64,000 nt of DNA from an uncultured Acidimicrobiales bacterium (GCA_963802505.1 CAWDJB010000003.1:413938-477937), one strand, 5' to 3'. Positions 26,823-36,144 are shown, counted from the stretch's first letter. The notes: generated by a model from the letters alone, not told the origin. Numbers and translations: made by a program.

Positions 26823-28363
26823 ATGACGAGCGAGTCCGGTCCACTCACACACGCGCGCGTCCTCGCGGTCCTCGCGGGCGTGATGCTCGGCCTGCTCCTC
26901 GCGTCGCTCGACCAGGCGATCGTCGCCACCGCGCTCCCCACCATCGGCGGTGAGCTCGGTGGGATCGGCCACCTCTCGTGGGTCGTCACCGCGTACCTCC
27001 TCACCGCGACCGCGGCGACACCGATCTTCGGGAAGCTGAGCGACCTCTACGGCCGGCGACCGACCTTTCAGGTCGCGATCGTCATCTTCATCGTGGGGTC
27101 CGCCCTGTGCGCGACGTCGTCGTCGTTGTGGGCGCTCGTCGCGTTTCGGGCTGTCCAGGGCGTCGGCGCCGGTGGCTTGCTGAGCCTGGCCTGGGCGATC
27201 GTCGGCGATGTCGTGCCGCCTCGGGAGCGTGGCCGCTACCAGGGCTATCTCTCGGCCGTGTTCGCGACCGCGAGCGTCGCGGGGCCGCTGCTCGGCGGGC
27301 TGTTCGTCGATCACCTCTCCTGGAGGTGGGTGTTCACGATCAACATCCCGTTCGGCATCGTCGCGTTCGTGGTCACGACGGTGTCGCTCAAGGTCCCGTT
27401 CGTGCCGACTCGCCACAAGATCGACGTGCTCGGCGCGTTGCTGCTCGTCGCGGCCGTGACCTGCGCGCTGCTCGTCGCGGTTTGGGGCGGCGAGGAGTAC
27501 CCGTGGACGTCCGCGCCGATCCTGTTGCTGGCGATCGCATGGGCGGTGCTCGGCGTGCTCTTCATCGCACAGGAGCGGCGCGCCCCGAGCCACTGTTGCC
27601 GCTCCGCCTTTTCCGCGACAAGACGTTCGTGCTCGCAGTGTCGATCAGCGTGGTCGTGGGCATCGCCGTCTTCGGGCTCGTCGTCTACATGCCGCTCTAC
27701 TTCCAGGTGGTACGCGGTTCGAGCCCGACCGTGTCAGGTCTCCTCACCGCGCCGTTGCTCCTCGGCATCTTCGTGTTCTCACTCGTCTCGGGACGGATCA
27801 TCACGAAATGGGGGCGCTACCGCGCGTTCCCGATCGCGGGCACGGTGTGCATGGCACTGGGTCTTGCCACTCTGTCGTTCGCCGTGGTCGGCGACCAGAG
27901 CATCGCGGTGCCGATCTCACTGGCCCTCGTCGGCGCCGGACTCGGCATGTCGATGCACGTGATGATGCTTGCCGCGCAGAACGCCGTGTCGAAGCGCGAC
28001 CTCGGTGTCACCAGCTCAGCGGTCTCGTGCTGCCGCTCACTCGGCAGCGTGTTCGGCGTCGCCTACTTCAGCGCGGTGCTCAACGCTCGCATCCTCGACT
28101 ACCTCGACGAGCTGCAGCAAGTGCCCGGCGCGGGCGACGCGATCGATGCCGCGCTCCACGGCCAGCCAGCGGATCTCGACGGTCTCCCACCCGCCGCGCG
28201 CGATGGCGTCGTCGACGTGTTCGCGCACGCCTACCAGACGACGCTGCGGTGGTGCGTGCCGATCGCCGCGGTCGCGGTGGTGCTCGCCCTGCGTCTTCGA
28301 GACGTCCCGTTGCGCGACAGCCTCGACGAGGACGTGGGCCTGGAGGCGGTCGCCGTGCTCTAG
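26823..28363 (+). pseudogene. MFS transporter (EmrB/QacA DHA2-like, 14-TM type), frame broken by an apparent 1-nt deletion at about 27584-27587
   Basis: The N-half (…LDQAIVATALPTIGGELGG…GKLSDLYGRR…) lies in frame 3 up to FIAQERRAP. The C-half (EPLLPLRLFRDKTFVLAV…) lies in frame 2. Length is 1541 nt (3n+2). The break sits in GCCCCGAG. Confidence 0.8.
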
Positions 28364-28425
28364 GGCGTTCCGGCACACGAAACGCGGTCTTCGTCGTCGG
28401 CACTGCCCGCGCCCATCGTTGCGAC

Positions 28426-29447
28426 ATGGACTACGTGTTGGTCGGACGAACGGGCATGCGGATCTCTCGCATCGCGCTGGGCACCGCTGTGCTCGGCCTC
28501 GCGCCGCCGGAGGAGGGCGTCGACGCGTTGATCGGGGCTGCGCTCGACGCCGGCATCAACCTCTTCGACTGCGCGAACACCTACGGCAGCCGAGCCTCGT
28601 TCGATCGCGATGGCCTGCCCACAGCGAGCGAGCGCAAGCACGCGGAGGAGCTGCTCGGACGGGCGCTCAAAGGCCGTCGCGACAATGTCGTGCTGTGCAC
28701 GAAGGTCTCGGAGCCCGTCGGCGAAGGGCCGAACGACGGCGGCATGATCCTGCGGGGACTCGGCGGGAAGGGTGGTGGGCTCAGCCGCTACCACATCATG
28801 CGAGAGGTCGAGCAGAGCCTGCGCCGCCTCGGCACCGACCACATCGACATCTACCACCTGCATCATCCCGACCTCGAGACCGCGATCGAAGAGACGCTCC
28901 GCGCGACGGACGATCTCGTGACGCAGGGCAAGGTTCGCTACGTCGGCCTGTCGACCTACAACGGATGGCAGCTGACGCAGGCCGTGATGACGGCGGATCA
29001 CCTCGGGCTCGCGCGCCCGGTGTTGAACCAGGTGCCCTACAGCCTCGTGAACCGGTGGCCCGAACCCGAAGTGCAACCCGCAGCGGTCGAGCTCGGCCTC
29101 ACGCTCACCTGCTTCAGTCCCCTCGCGGGGGCGCGCTCGCCGGCGCCGCCGTGATGGATCGCCCGTACAGCGGGCTCAGGCGTTGGGGGATGCCGTTCGA
29201 CTACCCGCCCGAGCAGAAGCAGGCCGCGCTGGAGCTCGACGCTCTCGCGACGGCGTGGGGCCACAAGCCCGCTCACCTCGCGCTTGCGTGGTTGCTCTCG
29301 CGGCCGGCGGTCGGAGCCGCGATCATCGGCCCCGAGACCCCTGACGAGCTGCTCGAGAACATCGGCGTCTTCGACCTGCAGCTCGACGACGCTCAGCTCG
29401 CCGAGCTCGACGCCATCGGCCGGCCCCCGATGAGCCTCCCGATCTGA
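28426..29447 (+). pseudogene. Aldo/keto reductase (AKR-2), frame broken by an apparent 1-nt deletion in the G5 run 29127-29131
   Basis: Frame 1 reads up to ...CFSPLAG. Frame 3 continues GALAGAAVMDRPYSG...ALAWLLSRP. It is colinear with paralogue AKR-3 (FSPLAGGLLAGSAVLERSVSG). Length is 1022 nt (3n+2). Confidence 0.8.
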
Positions 29448-29508
29448 CCGTTCCGGCGCTCGGCACGCGAGGGCACGCCCTGCCCCCAGCGGGCCTTAAC
29501 GTCCTGTC

Positions 29509-30348
29509 ATGACCGCACTCACGCCCGAGAGCACCAGCCAGTTCGTCACGACCAAGCTCCACAAGCTGCACTACTACGGCGCCGGTGAGGGGCAGCCCAT
29601 CGTGATGCTCCACGGCAGCGGGCCCGGCGCGACGGGATGGAGCAACTTCAGCCCGAACATCGCCGCCCTCTCCTCTGCCTTTCGGGTGATGGCGTTCGAC
29701 ATGCCCGGCTGGGGCGAGACCGAGGAGCTCGACCCGACCGGCGACCGGGACCATGTCGAGGCGCTCGTCCTCGCGCTCGACGAGCTCGGCATCGAGAAGG
29801 CCGCGATCGTCGGCAACTCGATGGGCGGGATGACCGGCATCAGGTTCGCGATCGAGCATCCCGACCGGATCTCGCACCTCATCCCCATGGGCGCTCCATG
29901 CCCGGGCATCAACACGTTCACGCCCGGCGGCGGCATGTCGGAGGGACTCAAGATCCTCATCGCGGCCTACGAAGACCCGAGCCCCGAGAACTTCAAGAAG
30001 CTCGTCTCGGTGATGGCGTTCGACCAGTCGTTCGCCACCGATCAGCTCGCCGAAGAGCGCTCGCGGAACGCGCTCAAGCACCCGGAGCATCTCGCCAGCT
30101 GGGGCTCGATGATGCGCTCCGCTCCCGCGTTCTTCGCGCTCGCGAACCGCGTGCAGGAGATCACCGCTCCGACCATGGTGATCCACGGCCGCGACGACCG
30201 CACGGTCCATTTCGAGAACGGGCTGCGGCTCGTGTCCGCGATCCCGAACTCGCGGTTGGTGCTGTTCAACCGGTGTGGCCATTGGGCCCAGCTCGAGCAC
30301 GCCGCGGAGTTCAACCGTCTCGTCGAGCAGTTCATCGTCAACAGCTGA
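29509..30348 (+). CDS. 2-hydroxy-6-oxo-dienoate (meta-cleavage product) C-C hydrolase, BphD/HsaD/MhpC-like (H3)
   Basis: 279 aa. MLHGSGPGATGWSNF, nucleophile elbow GNSMGG, RCGHWAQLEH. Directly upstream of alpha-5. Confidence 0.85.
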   Translation: MTALTPESTSQFVTTKLHKLHYYGAGEGQPIVMLHGSGPGATGWSNFSPNIAALSSAFRVMAFDMPGWGETEELDPTGDRDHVEALVLALDELGIEKAAIVGNSMGGMTGIRFAIEHPDRISHLIPMGAPCPGINTFTPGGGMSEGLKILIAAYEDPSPENFKKLVSVMAFDQSFATDQLAEERSRNALKHPEHLASWGSMMRSAPAFFALANRVQEITAPTMVIHGRDDRTVHFENGLRLVSAIPNSRLVLFNRCGHWAQLEHAAEFNRLVEQFIVNS

Positions 30349-30363
30349 ACGATCGGAGTTGCC

Positions 30364-31720
30364 ATGTCCGTCGACTTGGACCGGATCGACGACCTCGTCT
30401 CGGTCGAGCGCGGTGAGATCGACCGCCGCATCTTCTCGGACGACGAGGTCTTCGAGCGCGAGATGGAGCAGATCTTCGGCCGCGCGTGGCTGTTCCTCTG
30501 CCACGAGAGCCAGCTGAAGAAGCCCGGCGACTTCTTCGAGGCGCCGATGGGCCGCGACAACGTGCTCGTCGTGCGCCAGAAGGACGGCGGCCTCGAGGCC
30601 TTCCTCAACACGTGTATGCACCGAGGCAACGCGGTCTGCCGCGCCGAGGAGGGCAACACCAAGGTCTTCATGTGCACCTACCACGGCTGGACCTACGGCC
30701 TCGACGGCAGCCTCATCGGCGTGCCCGGGCTCGAGCAGTTCTACAAGAACAGCCTCGATCGCTCGGAGTACGGGCTCAAGCACGTCGCGCAGCTCGACAC
30801 GTACAAGGGCTTCGTCTTCGCGACGATGGACCCGACCGCACCACCCCTCCCCGAATTCCTCGGCGCGGCCGGGCGTCTGGGCATCGAGCTGATCGCGGCG
30901 CGCGGCGACATGGAGGTCGTGCCGGGCATCCAGAAGTTTGTCATCAACTGCAACTGGAAGTTCACCGTCGACAACCTCTTCGACTGGTACCACCCGTCGA
31001 TCACGCACATGTCGGCGTTCAACTCGGGCATCCTCCCCGGTGCGAACCCCGAGACGATCGATCCGAGCGAGACCATCCGCCCCGACGGAGCGGCGACGCC
31101 TGACGGGACCGAGATGTCGATCCCCGGTGGTGGCGCAGTCGACTCGGTGACCGTGCTCGGCGAGTACGGGCATGCCATCGGCGGCCCGAAGGTGAGCGAT
31201 CGGCCGGGGCCGTTCGACAACACCTGGCGCGAGCGTCCCGAAGCCCGCGAGGCGCTGGGACCGCGTCGGCATGATCGTCGGCGGCCACCCGAACATCTTC
31301 CCGACGGCCTGGATCGCGGTGAGCGTGCAGCTCTCGCTCCGCGTGCCCCTGAGCCCGAACCAGACCGAGATCTGGTGGTTCACGTTCGTCGACAAGAGCT
31401 CGCCGCCCGAAGCGCAGCAGATGCAGGTGTTCATGGCGAACCACGTCTTCGGCCCTGCCGGCATCCTCGAGCAGGAAGACGGCGAGAACTGGACGCAGAG
31501 CACGAAGCAGACCCGTGGCTACGCCAGCAGCAAGATCCCCCAGATCCTGAAGATGGACTTGGGCGAGGGCAAGATCATCAAGGAAGACGGCATCGCCCGC
31601 ATCGAGGGCGCCACCAGCGAGCACGGTCAGCTCTGGACCTACAACGCGTGGGCCGCGTACATGCGCGGCGACAGCTGGGACGAGATCAAGGCCGCCACGA
31701 CGCCTGGCGACTTCTTCTAG
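30364..31720 (+). pseudogene. Rieske oxygenase alpha subunit (alpha-5, type A), frame broken by one extra nucleotide at 31262-31264
   Basis: Frame 1 is good to ...RPEAREALGP. Frame 2 then reads VGMIVGGHPNIFPTAW..., aligning with alpha-1 EALGPVGREVAGHPNIF and alpha-2 EALGPVGAMVAGHPNIF. Length is 1357 nt (3n+1). Confidence 0.85.
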
Positions 31721-31738
31721 GCCGAGACAGGAGCCGAC

Positions 31739-32278
31739 ATGTCTCTCGATCAAGACGTTCACGCTGACCTCGACTACGAGATGCACACGCAGTTCGAGGT
31801 GGAACGCTTCCTCTACAGGGAGGCGAGGCTGCTCGACCGCAAGGAGTTCGACCAGTGGCTCGACCTCTTCACGGACGACGTCCACTACTTCATGCCGCTG
31901 CGGCGCACCCGCACGAAGCGCGAGCTCGATCAGGAGTTCACGCAGCGAGGTGAGATGGCCTGGTTCGACGACAACAAGATGGTGCTCGCCGGTCGCGTCG
32001 CGAAGCTCGCGACGGGCACGGCGTGGGCGGAGGACCCTCCGTCGCGGACCCGCCACATCATCACGAACGTGCTCGTCGTCGAGGACCGCGGCGACGAGCT
32101 CGACGTCGAGTCGAACTTCCTCCTCTACCGCACTCGCTTGAAGTCGGAGGAGTACACCTGGATCGGCTCGCGCCAGGACACGCTCCGCCGCGTCGACGGC
32201 GCGCTGAAGATCGCGAAGCGCACGATCCTCCTCGAGCAGACCGTGTTGCTCACGGCCAACCTGAGCAACTTCTTCTGA
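31739..32278 (+). CDS. Ring-hydroxylating oxygenase beta subunit (beta-4, type A)
   Basis: 179 aa. [31 protein letters not shown]-terminal LSNFF. Confidence 0.85.
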   Translation: MSLDQDVHADLDYEMHTQFEVERFLYREARLLDRKEFDQWLDLFTDDVHYFMPLRRTRTKRELDQEFTQRGEMAWFDDNKMVLAGRVAKLATGTAWAEDPPSRTRHIITNVLVVEDRGDELDVESNFLLYRTRLKSEEYTWIGSRQDTLRRVDGALKIAKRTILLEQTVLLTANLSNFF

Positions 32279-32282
32279 CCGC

Positions 32283-32332
32283 ACCGTTTGCTCACTCGAC
32301 CACGTCTGAGGTGGGTCCCGTGAGCAAACGGT
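32283..32332 (+). other. Perfect 13-bp inverted repeat (stem-loop) spanning the beta-4 / E1-alpha junction
   Basis: ACCGTTTGCTCAC (32283-32295) and GTGAGCAAACGGT (32320-32332), with a 24-nt loop. The right arm contains candidate start GTG 32320. The loop contains GAGGTGGG and GTG 32311. No U-tract follows. Confidence 0.7.
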
Positions 32333-33327
32333 CCGGCGGACGGGTCTGGGAGGATGCGGACATCACCGACGCCGCCCTGCTCCGACGGATCTACGACATC
32401 GCGCTGGTCACGCGCGCCGTCGACGAGCGGCTGTGGATCCTGACCCGCCAGGGCCGCGCCGGCTTCGTGCTGACGGCCCGCGGGCACGAGATCGCGCAGA
32501 TCGCGAGCGCCGTGGCGCTGCGCGCGGGGCAGGACAGCGCGTGGCTCTACTACCGCGACCTCGGCGTGGGGCTCGCGCTCGGAGTCACGCCGTACGACCT
32601 GTTCCTCGGAGCGCTCGCCCGTGCCGACGACCCGCACAGCGGCGGACGCCAGCTGACGGCGCACCTCTCCGACAGCGCGCTCCGCATCGGCAGCGTCTCC
32701 AGCGAGGTCGGCGCGCACGTGCCCCACGCCGTGGGCGCTGCGTACGCGGCCCGCGTCAAGGGCGAAGACTCCGTTGCGGTCTGCTGGTTCGGTGACGGCG
32801 CCGCGTCCGAAGGAGGCGTGCACGAGGCGATGAACCTCGCCGGCGTGCACAAGCTCCCGGTCGTCTTCCTCTGCGAGAACAACGGCTGGGCGATCAGCGT
32901 ACCGCTCGATCAGCAGATGGCGATCACGACGATGGAAGCCCGAGCCGCCGCGTACGGCTTCGCGGGAGAGTCCGTCGACGGATGCGACGCAGAGGCCGTC
33001 TACGAAGCCACGACCGCAGCAGTCACGCGTGCCCGCAGCAACGAGGGCCCCACCCTGATCGACATGAGCGTCCCTCGCATCGTGCCCCACTCGTCGCAGG
33101 ACGACGACGCGTACCGCGACGCCGACGAGAAAGCCGCCGCTGCCGCGCGAGACCCGATTCCTCGTCTCCGCCAAAGGCTGATCGAGCTGCACGCACTCGA
33201 TCCGGAGGACGACGAGGTCACGCGCAAGACGATCGAGGCCGACGTGCTCGCCGCGGCCGAGCTGGCATTCGCGCAACCCGAACCCACGGCCGATCGTGCC
33301 CGAAAGCACCTCTACGCCGATGGCTGA
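32311..33327 (+). CDS. TPP-dependent 2-oxoacid/acetoin-type dehydrogenase E1 component, alpha subunit
   Basis: TPP motif GDGAASEGGVHEAMNLAGVHKLPVVFLCENNGWAIS. Start is GTG 32311 or 32320. Confidence 0.85.
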   Translation: MGPVSKRSGGRVWEDADITDAALLRRIYDIALVTRAVDERLWILTRQGRAGFVLTARGHEIAQIASAVALRAGQDSAWLYYRDLGVGLALGVTPYDLFLGALARADDPHSGGRQLTAHLSDSALRIGSVSSEVGAHVPHAVGAAYAARVKGEDSVAVCWFGDGAASEGGVHEAMNLAGVHKLPVVFLCENNGWAISVPLDQQMAITTMEARAAAYGFAGESVDGCDAEAVYEATTAAVTRARSNEGPTLIDMSVPRIVPHSSQDDDAYRDADEKAAAAARDPIPRLRQRLIELHALDPEDDEVTRKTIEADVLAAAELAFAQPEPTADRARKHLYADG

Positions 33328-33345
33328 GCTCCATGGCTGAGCTCC
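33320..33345 (+). repeat. Tandem 13-bp duplication ATGGCTGAGCTCC x2 at the E1-alpha stop / E1-beta start
   Basis: Copy 1 is 33320-33332 and contains TGA 33325-33327. Copy 2 is 33333-33345 and supplies the in-frame E1-beta ATG 33333. Confidence 0.95.
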
Positions 33346-34313
33346 GGCTCATCGAAGCGATCTGCGAGGCGCTGCACGAGGAGATGGCTCGCGACGACGA
33401 CGTCGTGCTGATCGGCGAGGACGTCGGAGTGAAGGGCGGCGTCTTCGGCGCGTCGAAGGGCTTGCTCGACGCCTTCGGCGCGAACCGGGTGCTCGACACG
33501 CCCGTCTCCGAGATCGTCATCGCGGGGGCGGCGATCGGCGCAGCGATGATGGGACTGCGGCCCGTCGCCGAGTTCCAGTTCGCGGACTACATGCATCCCG
33601 CGTACGACCAGATCATCAACCAAGCCGCGACGATCCGGTGGCGCAGCGTCGGCGGGTTCGGCGTACCAGCGGTGTTTCGCGCGCCGTTCGGTGGGGGAGT
33701 GAAGGGCGGCGTGTACCACTCACAGAGCATGGAGGCCGCGTACTGCCACGTGCCCGGCCTCAAAGTCGTCGTGCCGGCGACACCCGCTGACGGCAAGGGC
33801 CTGCTCAAGTCCGCGATCCGCGACGACGACCCTGTGGTGTTCTTCGAACCGAAGCGCGCCTACCGCCTCGCGCCCGAGCCCGTGGGAGGGGCCGACGACC
33901 TCACGCCGATCGGCGTCGCCCGCGTTGATCGCACCGGCGACGCCCTCACGATCGTCACCTATGGCATCGGGCTGTACATCGCCCGTGAGGCTGCCGCGAC
34001 GCTCGCCGACGAAGGCATCGAGGTCGAGATCGTCGACCTTCGCACGCTCGTCCCGATGGACAAGGACGCGATCGCGAGGTCGGTCTTGAAGACCAGTCGC
34101 CTTCTCGTCCTGCACGAGGCGAACAAGACGATGGGGTTCGGCGCGGAGGTTGCTGCGTTCGCGGCCGAAGAGCTCTTCTACGACCTCGACGCGCCGATCG
34201 TCAGGGTCGCGGCCGACGACTGCCACCTGCCGTACAACGGCGCCGAGGAGGAGGCGATCATCCCGATGCCGTCGGACGTCGTTGCTGCGGCGCGCGCCCT
34301 GGCAGACTCCTGA
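33333..34313 (+). CDS. TPP-dependent dehydrogenase E1 component, beta subunit
   Basis: MAELRLIEAICEALHEEMARDDDVVLIGEDVG..., EFQFADYMHPAYDQIINQAA, and a C-terminal transketolase-C-like region. Confidence 0.85.
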   Translation: MAELRLIEAICEALHEEMARDDDVVLIGEDVGVKGGVFGASKGLLDAFGANRVLDTPVSEIVIAGAAIGAAMMGLRPVAEFQFADYMHPAYDQIINQAATIRWRSVGGFGVPAVFRAPFGGGVKGGVYHSQSMEAAYCHVPGLKVVVPATPADGKGLLKSAIRDDDPVVFFEPKRAYRLAPEPVGGADDLTPIGVARVDRTGDALTIVTYGIGLYIAREAAATLADEGIEVEIVDLRTLVPMDKDAIARSVLKTSRLLVLHEANKTMGFGAEVAAFAAEELFYDLDAPIVRVAADDCHLPYNGAEEEAIIPMPSDVVAAARALADS

Positions 34314-34390
34314 CCGTGCTGGCCTGGGCCGATCCGCCCTGCGGAACGAGCATCTGGTGATCGGCGTCGCCGAGCCCGCACTCTGACGTC

Positions 34391-34702
34391 ATGGCCTGGG
34401 TGAAGGCGTGTGACGAAGGGGCGCTCAGTGACGGCGAAGCCGTCGTCGTCGACGTCGACCCGCCGATCGCCGTGTTCAACGTCGACGGCGAGTACTACGC
34501 CATTGACGACACGTGCACCCACGACAAGTACTCCCTGGCCGACGGATACATCGATGACGACGTGGTCGAGTGCGCGTTGCACATGGCCAAGTTCTCGATT
34601 CGCACCGGCAAGGCGTTGAGCCTCCCCGCCACCCGTGACCTCTCCGCGTATCCGGTGAAGGTCGAAGGCGGCCAAGTGCTCGTCGATGTGAGCCGGGAGT
34701 AG
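34391..34702 (+). CDS. Rieske-type [2Fe-2S] ferredoxin component of ring-hydroxylating oxygenases (BphF-like)
   Basis: 103 aa with CTH-x16-CALH. Confidence 0.85.
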   Translation: MAWVKACDEGALSDGEAVVVDVDPPIAVFNVDGEYYAIDDTCTHDKYSLADGYIDDDVVECALHMAKFSIRTGKALSLPATRDLSAYPVKVEGGQVLVDVSRE

Positions 34703-34722
34703 CGGTACCTGAGGAGGACCCA

Positions 34723-36048
34723 ATGATCACCGACGTCACGAAGCTCGTCGACTCCGAGAACGGCCTGCTCGATCCGAGGATCTACACCGACCCCGATCTC
34801 TACGAAGCCGAGCTCGAGCACGTCTTCGGTCGCTGCTGGCTCTTCCTCGCCCACGATTCGATGATCCCGAAGGCCGGCGACTTCATCCAGATGTACATGG
34901 CCGAGGATCCGGTGCTCGTCGTGCGTCAGGCCGACGGCTCGGTGAAGGCATTTCTCAACCAGTGCCGCCACCGCGGCATGCGCATCTGCCGCGCGGACCT
35001 CGGGTCGACGAAGACCTTCACCTGCTCGTACCACGGGTGGGCCTACGACATCGCGGGGCGCCTGATCAACGTCCCCCACGAGGCCGACGGGTACCACAGC
35101 GAGATCGACAAGGCCGAGTGGGGACCAATCCAGGTTGCGCAGGTCGAGAGCTACAAGGGCCTGATCTTCGGGACGTGGGACCCGACCGCTCCCTCACTCG
35201 AGGACTACCTGGGCGACTTCAAGTGGTATCTCGACTCGTTCTGGGATCGTTGGCCCGGCGGCACCCAGGTGATCGGCGGCGTGCACAAGTGGGTCATCAG
35301 GTGCAACTGGAAGTTCGCCGCGGAGCAATTCGCGAGCGACATGTACCACGCGGAGATCAGCCACGCGTCGGCGATCATGGCGCTCGCGCCGCAACGCCAG
35401 GTGAGCGTCGAGGAGCAGGCCGAGCGGCGCATGCAAGGCGGACGTCAGGTCTCGTCACCCAACGGGCACGGCATGGGCTTCTTCACCACCGAGAACTTCG
35501 ACCAGGACGGTCCGCTCGCGCGCGATTGGGTGCTCTCCAATCGCGAGATGCTCGAGGAGCGCCTCGGTGAGTCGCGCATGCGCTACGTGCGGGGCCACCA
35601 GACGGTGTTCCCGAACTTCTCGTACCTTTCGAACGGGACGATGCGCGTGTGGCAGCCGCGCGGCCCGGGCGAGATCGAGGTGTGGGCATGGGGCGCCGTG
35701 CCGGCGATGGCTCCTCCCGAGGTCAAAGAGGCGCTTCGCGTCAACATCCTGCGCACGTTCAGCCCCTCGGGTCTGCTGGAACAGGACGACGGCGAGAACT
35801 GGAACGAGATCCAAAAGGTGCTCCGCGGCCGAGTCGCGCGGAGCCATCCGCTCAACGCCCGCATGGGCCTCGGGCACGCGAACCACGACCTCGGCGACTA
35901 CCCCGGGCGCACGAACTACGTGTTCGGCGAGGAGGCCGCACGAGGTCTCTACCGGCGCTGGGCCGACCTCATGACCGGAAAGAGCTGGGCCGAGCTGGCC
36001 GAGCTCCAGGCCGCTCGCGAGCCCGAACAGGTGGCCGCAGGAGTGTGA
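34723..36048 (+). CDS. Rieske ring-hydroxylating oxygenase alpha subunit (alpha-6, type B)
   Basis: 441 aa. CRH-x17-CSYH and [20 protein letters not shown]. No adjacent beta subunit. Confidence 0.9.
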   Translation: MITDVTKLVDSENGLLDPRIYTDPDLYEAELEHVFGRCWLFLAHDSMIPKAGDFIQMYMAEDPVLVVRQADGSVKAFLNQCRHRGMRICRADLGSTKTFTCSYHGWAYDIAGRLINVPHEADGYHSEIDKAEWGPIQVAQVESYKGLIFGTWDPTAPSLEDYLGDFKWYLDSFWDRWPGGTQVIGGVHKWVIRCNWKFAAEQFASDMYHAEISHASAIMALAPQRQVSVEEQAERRMQGGRQVSSPNGHGMGFFTTENFDQDGPLARDWVLSNREMLEERLGESRMRYVRGHQTVFPNFSYLSNGTMRVWQPRGPGEIEVWAWGAVPAMAPPEVKEALRVNILRTFSPSGLLEQDDGENWNEIQKVLRGRVARSHPLNARMGLGHANHDLGDYPGRTNYVFGEEAARGLYRRWADLMTGKSWAELAELQAAREPEQVAAGV

Positions 36049-36066
36049 ACGCCGACTGACAAAAAT

Positions 36067-36095
36067 CGGAAACGGAACCTTGTCTTCCATTTCCG
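36067..36095. promoter_or_regulatory. Imperfect inverted repeat CGGAAACGGAA-N7-TTCCATTTCCG in the A+T-richer spacer upstream of the IclR gene
   Basis: 10 of 11 positions are complementary. GGAA/TTCC occurs six times within 36061-36130. Confidence 0.35.
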
Positions 36096-36144
36096 GGGGG
36101 CATACGCTCCGTTCCGGAGAGCGGAATCGGGGGGATCCCGCTCG

